Positions 56,174-64,000 of a DNA stretch of 64,000 nt are shown here, piece by piece. Every line of letters starts with the position of its first letter. Position 1 is the first letter of the stretch. The translations under genes were made by a program, and so were the position numbers. The notes below the pieces were generated by a model. It was not told the DNA's origin and did not search any database. It saw only the letters and a program-made list of their open reading frames with translations. Source of the stretch: Octopus vulgaris (lineage: Eukaryota); the NCBI GenBank assembly GCA_951406725.2, contig OX597826.1, positions 21,080,001 through 21,144,000 of the forward strand, written 5' to 3'.

Positions 56174-56364
56174 GAAGTTAAATGTTATGGCTGGTTATAG
56201 TGTGACTCTTGATTTCATATCTATAATGCGACTCATCAGATTCAAACAGTCGAAATCGCATAACTTCGGCCATTTCAGTCTGACGAGTCGCCTATACTGC
56301 TAAGCACTTTATAAGTACGAAACCAATTGTTACTCTATGACCGGCCATGAAATTTAACTTCCTA
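56171..56364. repeat. Diverged inverted repeat carrying two outward-facing hammerhead motifs
   Basis: taggaagttaaat/atttaacttccta and gcgactcatcaga/tctgacgagtcgc; CTGACGA 56280-56286 with GAAAC 56319-56323; minus-strand CTGATGA at 56233-56239. Confidence 0.8.
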
Positions 56365-56386
56365 AAATATATTACTGCTCTAATGC

Positions 56387-56440
<54 letters not shown>

Positions 56441-56445
<5 letters not shown>

Positions 56446-56806
56446 TTGATGATGATGATGGCCATCCACTCATGACCGAGACCGAGGAAGACGATTGCTG
56501 ACCTTCAGGAACATTCTGCGACCTAGGACTAACTTATAATTTGCATTTGCAGCTGCGTTGGTGGCTAATGAGCCCCGCTCTTGACAAGCATACACGACTT
56601 CAAACATTGCAAACCAAGCTCTCCCCCATTCACTGCACTAGCAGTGCGCTTTCGAGCAGCACGGTTAAATTCTTTATGAAGAAGACTTGCTTTTTCAAAA
56701 GTGTCGACTCCCTCCTTAACCTGCTTCCTCCATCTTTGGCGATGACAGACATTGCTCTCCCAGTCTGTCTCCTGCATACCACAGTCCTTTAATGAGGACT
56801 TGACAC
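56441..56806 (-). mobile_element. 3' end of an RTE-clade LINE with (CAT)n tail
   Basis: KSSLKDCGM..DWE..HRQRWRKQVKEGVDTFE, then RVCLSRAGLISHQRSC in another frame; short tandem tail. Confidence 0.8.
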
Positions 56807-56855
56807 ACATATGTATACATACATACATACATACATACATACATACATACATACA

Positions 56856-56889
<34 letters not shown>

Positions 56890-56893
56890 ATGC

Positions 56894-56928
<35 letters not shown>

Positions 56929-57421
56929 TACATATATATAGGTTATGAGAAGTAATTATGTCAATAAGACCCAAAGGTGTCAGGTAATGCTGAGTAAGTG
57001 CTATGGATAGCTCCAGGTTCGATGAAAAAAGAAAAAAGAAAAACAAGGAGAGAGGTAATAAGGGAAAGTGGTCAGTCAAGATAATTTGAAAGTAGGAATG
57101 GGGAGATGAGGGTGATAGAGAGAGAAAGGTATTAGAGTGCAAAAAGATAGAGAGAGAGGTATAAAAAGTAAAGGAGTGTCAGTTATGTAGTGATAGAGTC
57201 TAAGTGATGGGGCAGAGAGAGAGGGTAGTAAAGGGGTGAGCAGCATATCGTTGCTTAAAATTTTGGGTTGATCCTATGTATATGGCTGTATAGTTGTGTA
57301 ATAGATTAAAGACAGTGCATTTGTAAATTACATTATATCTTCTGCAATGGGTTTGTAACGGGCAGATGGTTCCAGGCAGGCAATTACAATTAGGTGAATG
57401 TTGGGGACTGTGTTCAGGAAT

Positions 57422-57475
57422 AGAGGAGGTAATAACGTCAGAGGAGGTAATATCGTCAGAGGAGGTAATATCGTC
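57422..57475 (+). repeat. 18-bp tandem repeat x3 (agaggaggtaata(a/t)cgtc)
   Basis: Direct inspection. Confidence 0.93.
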
Positions 57476-57815
57476 CAGGACAAATTAAACGTTAACCTAT
57501 AGTCCTACACTGGTGAAGTTATTACATGGTTCCACCTTCTAAAAACCACGGAACACGTGTCGACAGTTATCGTGAATAAACTAACTGTAAATAAACGTAA
57601 AGTTTGAATTTTCAAATTCGTCATTCTCTTTACCATCACTATTGTACTTTACACTCTAGGTAGCCATAAAAAAACTGTAACATCGAATGGGAGTTGAAAG
57701 ATATTTACCATAAAACGCACTATCTGAAGGAACAACCTTTGGCATTTTAGATAGAGAAATTCGGTATCTGCCTGGATGTCATATTCCTCTTCTTAGTCTG
57801 TGTGTATGTGTGTGT

Positions 57816-57854
<39 letters not shown>

Positions 57855-58704
57855 AGCGCGTGTGTATGTGTGTGTGTGCGTGTGTTTTATTTTGGCATTA
57901 ACAATGCTACCAATGGTTTCCTGGAAAAAATCCACACAAAGCTCTTGCTAGCATTGTTAATTCAAAAAGATAACGAATATACTTAGCCACCAAATGAGGC
58001 ATTCGGCACCCATTCTTAATGTTTGTTACTATTTTATTCACACACACACACATATGCATATGTATATAGATATATGAATGGACAATATTAACACTACCAT
58101 CCACTAGCAAATAAAAGACTCACGATATAAAAATCGGGGGCATTAAATATTTATTTCATTTATAAATTAGTTAATTAGTGACAAACTATCTGTTGTTTCG
58201 ATCGTGTGTGTGTGTGAGTGATTTATTTTCGCTGATTTTGTAGTGTAACACTCGAGATTTTCTCCGACGTCTAACCTGTTCCTAAGATTTGAAACATGGA
58301 TGAAGGAGGACTACTCACTGTAACGATGACTAAACGGTTGGATATGATTGAGTAGTTGATCTTTGAGAAGATGGCAGATTACAATTAGCAGATCGCTCAT
58401 TGAATAGACACACCTGCATTCAGACGCACAAGCCTTTATTTCAAAATCAGGAAAACAATACGGAATGTTTAAAAGGGTGATAAATGGATGGTGAAGCGAT
58501 AACATTACCATTTCATTTCATGAAGACTACCGCCAACCTGATGCTGTCACCTCCTCTCAATATCCCGATAACCCAAGTTCAACGAAGTTATATACTTGGA
58601 TTATTTAATTACTATATTTAATCTTTTTTTTATATCCCAGATTATCGATGCTACGAAGGCTAAGCTTTTATATACTGATCTCTGGTCATTAGTATGTACA
58701 CTCT

Positions 58705-58870
58705 TACCAGCATTTCATCCGTCTTTTCGTTCTGAGTTGAAATTCCGCCAAGGTCGATTTCGCTTTTCATCCTTTGATAAAATAAGTACCAGTTGAACAC
58801 CAGGGTCGAAGTAATAGACTTACTCCCTCCTCCAAAATTGCTGCCCTTGTAGCAAACATTTGAAACCATT
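58705..58870 (+). mobile_element. 5'-truncated SINE (family C)
   Basis: gttctgagttgaaattccgccaaggtcga...gataaaataagtaccag. Confidence 0.75.
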
Positions 58871-59985
58871 ATTACATTGTATCACAGCGCGGCCATATTG
58901 ATTTTGTCAAAACTTAAAAGGTGGCGTTTCGGTCTTCCGTAGTTTGTGTATACGTCATCATCCCTAGTAAGCGACTATTGGACAGGAAAACCGCTTTGGG
59001 CAACTCTGTGACGTCACTGCGGTAGATCGGTGTGAAGAGTCAGCGCGCAACCTGTGCAGTGACTATTTATGTCCGCGAGAGGACTTCCTGTTTCACACTA
59101 CCACTTGGGCCTTAGGTGTCTTTGAGTCCACCCTAGACTGGTCAGGTTTCTAACCTGGGAACAACAGTCTTCCCTTTCTTTAAGTTAAGAAACCCAGAAA
59201 AAAAGTTACGACTGCAACTCCGACTAAACAGTAACAAATGTTTGTCTTTTTGCTTTTTGCTTTTTGCTTTTTTTTTTGTCATTTAATATAAATTTTATTA
59301 ATTGAAATTGTCAACCGTTTGAGCAAGACTTCAGAATGGAATCTTGCCAAAAAGTTGCTGCCTTGAAATTCTTTCTGTTTTGGTTTCTTGGCGATGGAAT
59401 TAAAAATTGTTTCATCTCCATTATTTCTTTGTTTTGTTTAACAATCAATAAACTAGAATTTAATGAGGAATATATATTATTAGTCATCAAATGATGAATG
59501 TAGATTAATGGTTTAAACAGTGTCTTTCAGTGTTCATATATATATGTGTGTGTGTGTGTATGTATGTATGTATATATATACACACATACATACATATCTA
59601 TATACACACACGCACATATATGTGTGTGTATATCTATCTATATGTATATATACATATACACACACACATATATATATATACACACACGCACACACACCCC
59701 CACACACATACGTATTTCACACACACACATTACTAACACGAAGGAACCAAAAATATGAGACTCAAGTTTATCGTTTCTTCTCTTCCACAAAACTTCAGTT
59801 AAAAGTTTTGTCATTTGTCCGTCGCGCTGACGTTTGTTTCTAATAACCTTGATGTTTTCGTGTCCGATACCAACGGAAGGACAACTCTTATATGTAGTCA
59901 TATATGCCTAAATGAAAGACGGGATGGTCACGACTTGAACGTCTATGATCATAGTAACCTACAGCTAAACTACAAGTCTCTACTG

Positions 59986-60024
<39 letters not shown>

Positions 60025-60561
60025 TTCTCTCTCTTTCTCTCTCTCTATCCTTTCTCTCTCTCCCTTCTCTCTCTCCCTCTCTCCCTCTATTCTTCTCTTT
60101 CCCCTCTCTGGCCCTCTCTCTCTCACTCTCTCACTCTATTCCTTTCTTTCCCCTGCGCCCCTCTCTCTCTTCCACACTTCCTGTCTTTTTCTCTCTCTAT
60201 TTAATTTATTTACTTCACTAATTACATTTGTCATCTCTAATTAGTGTTGACTCATTACTAAATCACCACAAATTTATACACTCTCTCCTTCTCCTCCTCC
60301 TCCTCCTCCCCTACTCCTCGTCTTTCTGTGTCCTTCTCTTTCTTTCTCGTCTTCTTTTTCCTTCTCTTTTCCTTTGTTCCCCCTCTTCATCCCCCCTCCC
60401 CCCTATACAAATCAACATCTCAGATGAATGACGTCATACATTCTTGAACTCGCATATTTTTTTTTTTTTGTCAGTTGTCTTTCGCATGTGTGTGTGCGCA
60501 CGCAGGCATATATCTCTCTCCCCTTCTCTCTCTCTCTCTTTCTCTACCCCTCTCTCTCTCC

Positions 60562-60598
<37 letters not shown>

Positions 60599-61164
60599 CA
60601 TACATATAATATATAATATATATATATATATATACATGCATATAACATATATATATATATATATATAAAGTTCGTGTACGAAAAGGTATACCGTTTTGCT
60701 TCAGTAGAGAAGAAGATTGTCGCCATCGTTGGGATGTGAGTGGAATACCCGAGAGAACTGTCTTGTTACTAATCATTTTCTACACAGGAAAAAGTAATGG
60801 GAGATTAGATTGTCTGGTTTCTCTTCAGTGACACTGCACTCACCTTTGTATGTCTGCAGGGAGATATATCTTAAAGCTATTTGCTTAGCCACTACGAATA
60901 AAAGGCTTCACTAAGACTAAAATTCTGATTTGCATAAACAGAGGTTTGTCAGCAGTTGCGCCAATTAATCTTATAATAATCCTACTTATTACTCCGTTGC
61001 TTAGCCCGTCCGTAACTCTTTTGCGTGATTGGTTGAGGGGTGAGGGATGAGAGGGATGGGAGAGATATGGGAGTGAGAGAGTGCGAAGGTAGGCGGGAAA
61101 GGAGGTGGTGGTGAGTGAAATGCGTAATTTTTTAACTAGTTCTTTTCCTCTGTTACTTAGCTCG

Positions 61165-62318
61165 TCTGAGACAAAATGAGGTTTATTCCTCAACATAGTT
61201 CTTCTTGCGGTCTACGCACGTCTTTCCTTTATGTTGCAGTGCTTGAACCCCACTGGTGAAGAAGCTTTCATCCTGTTGGTCAAAAAAATCATCAACATCC
61301 GATTTAATGTCATCATCACTGTGATACTGGTTCCCGACCAAGTGGCTTTCCATAATGGGGAACAGATGATTGTCAGACGGGGCCAAACCAGAATAGGGAG
61401 GATGATCAACCAATTCAAAACTACAACCACGCACTGAAACCATTGAAAGCAACCACATGTGTACTGGAGCACTGTCCTGGTGAAACAAGACCCCTTTCTT
61501 GTGCGTTTAGTCTTGATAATTTTTCGTAATTGCCTCGGCAGTCTGGCACAGTACTCGTCATTGATAGTCAATAAGCAATGCCTTTTGCATCCCAAAACAC
61601 GGGAGCCACCCCCTTCTCTGGCCTTCTTCGGAGCAAGTGAGGAGAAATGTTTCCACTGCATGGATTGTCGTTTTGTTCCTGGCTTAGGACAAGTTCAAGG
61701 TAACTAGCAAGATCTTCCGCAGAAAATGTCAGATTTTCCCATGACGCAATCAACCTGGTGCGCTTTTGATCGGGTGTCAGAAAACTTGTCACCCACCGAG
61801 CAGAAACCTTCTTCATACTGAGTTCATTGTGCAGAATATTCTCAACTTGCTCACAAGGTATGCTAAGAGCATTGGCTATTTGATTTATAGTCAGTCACCT
61901 GTCATCCATCACCATGCAGTGAACACGATCAATGTTTTCCTCGGTGGTGGCAGTTGCAGGTCGTCCAGACCTTGGGTCATCTTCAAGACTCTCCCTCCTA
62001 CCGCCCCATCACTAAATTCAGCTGCCAACTTTTGATGAAGCTGGAGCGTCACCCGCGAATGTAGCAATCATGTCAGCACGAATGTCCTTCGCAATATTGA
62101 ACCCTTTTTTTTCTACTTCAAAACAGCACGATGCCAACTTTTGTCGATTTTCAAGACAAGTCACTGCTAATTACATTCGAAGTGTTCTTTGTGTCAGTTT
62201 ACCTGGAATGAAACAATGCAGTTATTAATAAGAAGAACAGAAATTCATGCATGCAAGATTTCACAGCTCTACCATCACTCCTTCATAGTCAGCCAATGAA
62301 CTTTTCAGTTCACCCTCG
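61165..62318 (-). mobile_element. Degenerate mariner element, one TIR visible
   Basis: MKKVSARWV..LTPDQK, MQWKH..APKKA, FHQDSAPVH, HPPYS.LAPSDNHLF; terminus cgagggtgaactgaaaagttc at 62318. Confidence 0.9.
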
Positions 62319-62374
62319 TTGACAGACAACCAGACAGACAGACACACAGGCAGACACACAGACAGACAGACAGA

Positions 62375-62540
<166 letters not shown>

Positions 62541-62983
62541 GACAGACAGACAGACGGATAGAAATGTATAAGAAACTAAATATGTGTACTTGTATGTGTG
62601 CATGTGTGTGTGTACGTGTGCATGTGTGTGTGTGTGCGTGCATGTATATATAAAGAGAGAAAAAACCCGGGCTTGAACGCGGTATTCCTTTATTTCATAT
62701 GTTACATGTTTCAGTATTTAGTAACACATGATGTCTCACTGGAGAGGCAATCAGTTGATGCATTTCATAAGGGCAGCAGACACAACCAGTCACCTCTCGA
62801 GACTGCGCAGGACCCTGCGTGGAGACGCAACAGTGAGACTTTCAGACGATTAACAATAAGAGCCGCGAAATCTGAATGGCAAAAACGGTTGCGCGATGAG
62901 TTCAACCAATCATACTTGTGTATATGTGTGTGTGCGTGTGTGTGCGTGTGTGTGTGTGTGTGTGTGTCTGCCTGTGTAATGTA

Positions 62984-63039
<56 letters not shown>

Positions 63040-63040
63040 G

Positions 63041-63145
<105 letters not shown>

Positions 63146-63241
63146 CATAGTCACTCCTTCACTGTCTTGTTGCTTTATATCACCTCCATTTCCATCTCGT
63201 CATACTTTACCACCACCCATGACAGTTCACTACACCAACAC

Positions 63242-63298
<57 letters not shown>

Positions 63299-63721
63299 TA
63301 CACACACTTTCTAAAGGCCTCTCTAACACACATCTCCCCCTCTTCTTCCGTCTCTTCCATCTCTGCCACTAGAACCCCCACCCCACAATTCCCCCCCCAC
63401 CGCCACCCCTGTCACTAAAACGCCAAATCGTTCATTCCACTGTTTAATTGTTTAAGTATTCTTGTGTTTACGAGATGCCGGCAGAATTGTGTGATGTTTC
63501 TTAAAGACTGGCAAGAGAAGCCATCTGTAAACGTAACTAATAAATTTTACACTAATTGTCCGTGAAATCAGAGCCGTATGACTTTCAATACAATTACATA
63601 AACAAAAAAACTGGCTTTTGTACTTTCTCTACAAAGTACGTTAATGGCGAGGAAGAAGTCATACGTAGACATTTTTGGTACACAGAGTGTCTATTTGCGT
63701 GCGTGTGTGTGTGTGTTTGTT

Positions 63722-63863
<142 letters not shown>

Positions 63864-64000
63864 TATATAGATATATATGAATATATGTCTATGTATACAT
63901 ATATATTATATATCATATATATACATACACACACATATAAATTTACATATATACATACATATACATATATTCAAATATAATACTTATATTCATATATATA

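Overview
AT-rich animal DNA saturated with microsatellites; the SINE families look like those of octopus (inference from recognition, not a search). No host protein-coding exon is supported, and almost all listed ORFs are translated simple repeats, so the window is probably intergenic or intronic. Recognisable content: a near-complete mariner (1510-2803), two more mariner derivatives, maT-like and pogo-like relics, a ~5 kb L1/Tx1-like LINE (13934-18815) plus an older copy, R4/Dong-, RTE-, Gypsy- and Penelope-type fragments, and four tRNA-derived SINE families. The most interesting signal is a set of hammerhead-ribozyme (HHR) motifs in short non-coding islands set in (TA)n/(CA)n tracts (best: 5866-5976, 34094-34173, 36724-36808, 55991-56041), some with large stem-II insertions. 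Long near-perfect palindromes (941-1209, 5489-5690, 55928-56058) accompany them and, in two cases, pivot on hairpins native to the element, suggesting Penelope-like/retrozyme elements inserted with snap-back second-strand synthesis. One SINE tail also matches the 3' end of the Tx1-like LINE, suggesting a LINE/SINE partnership.
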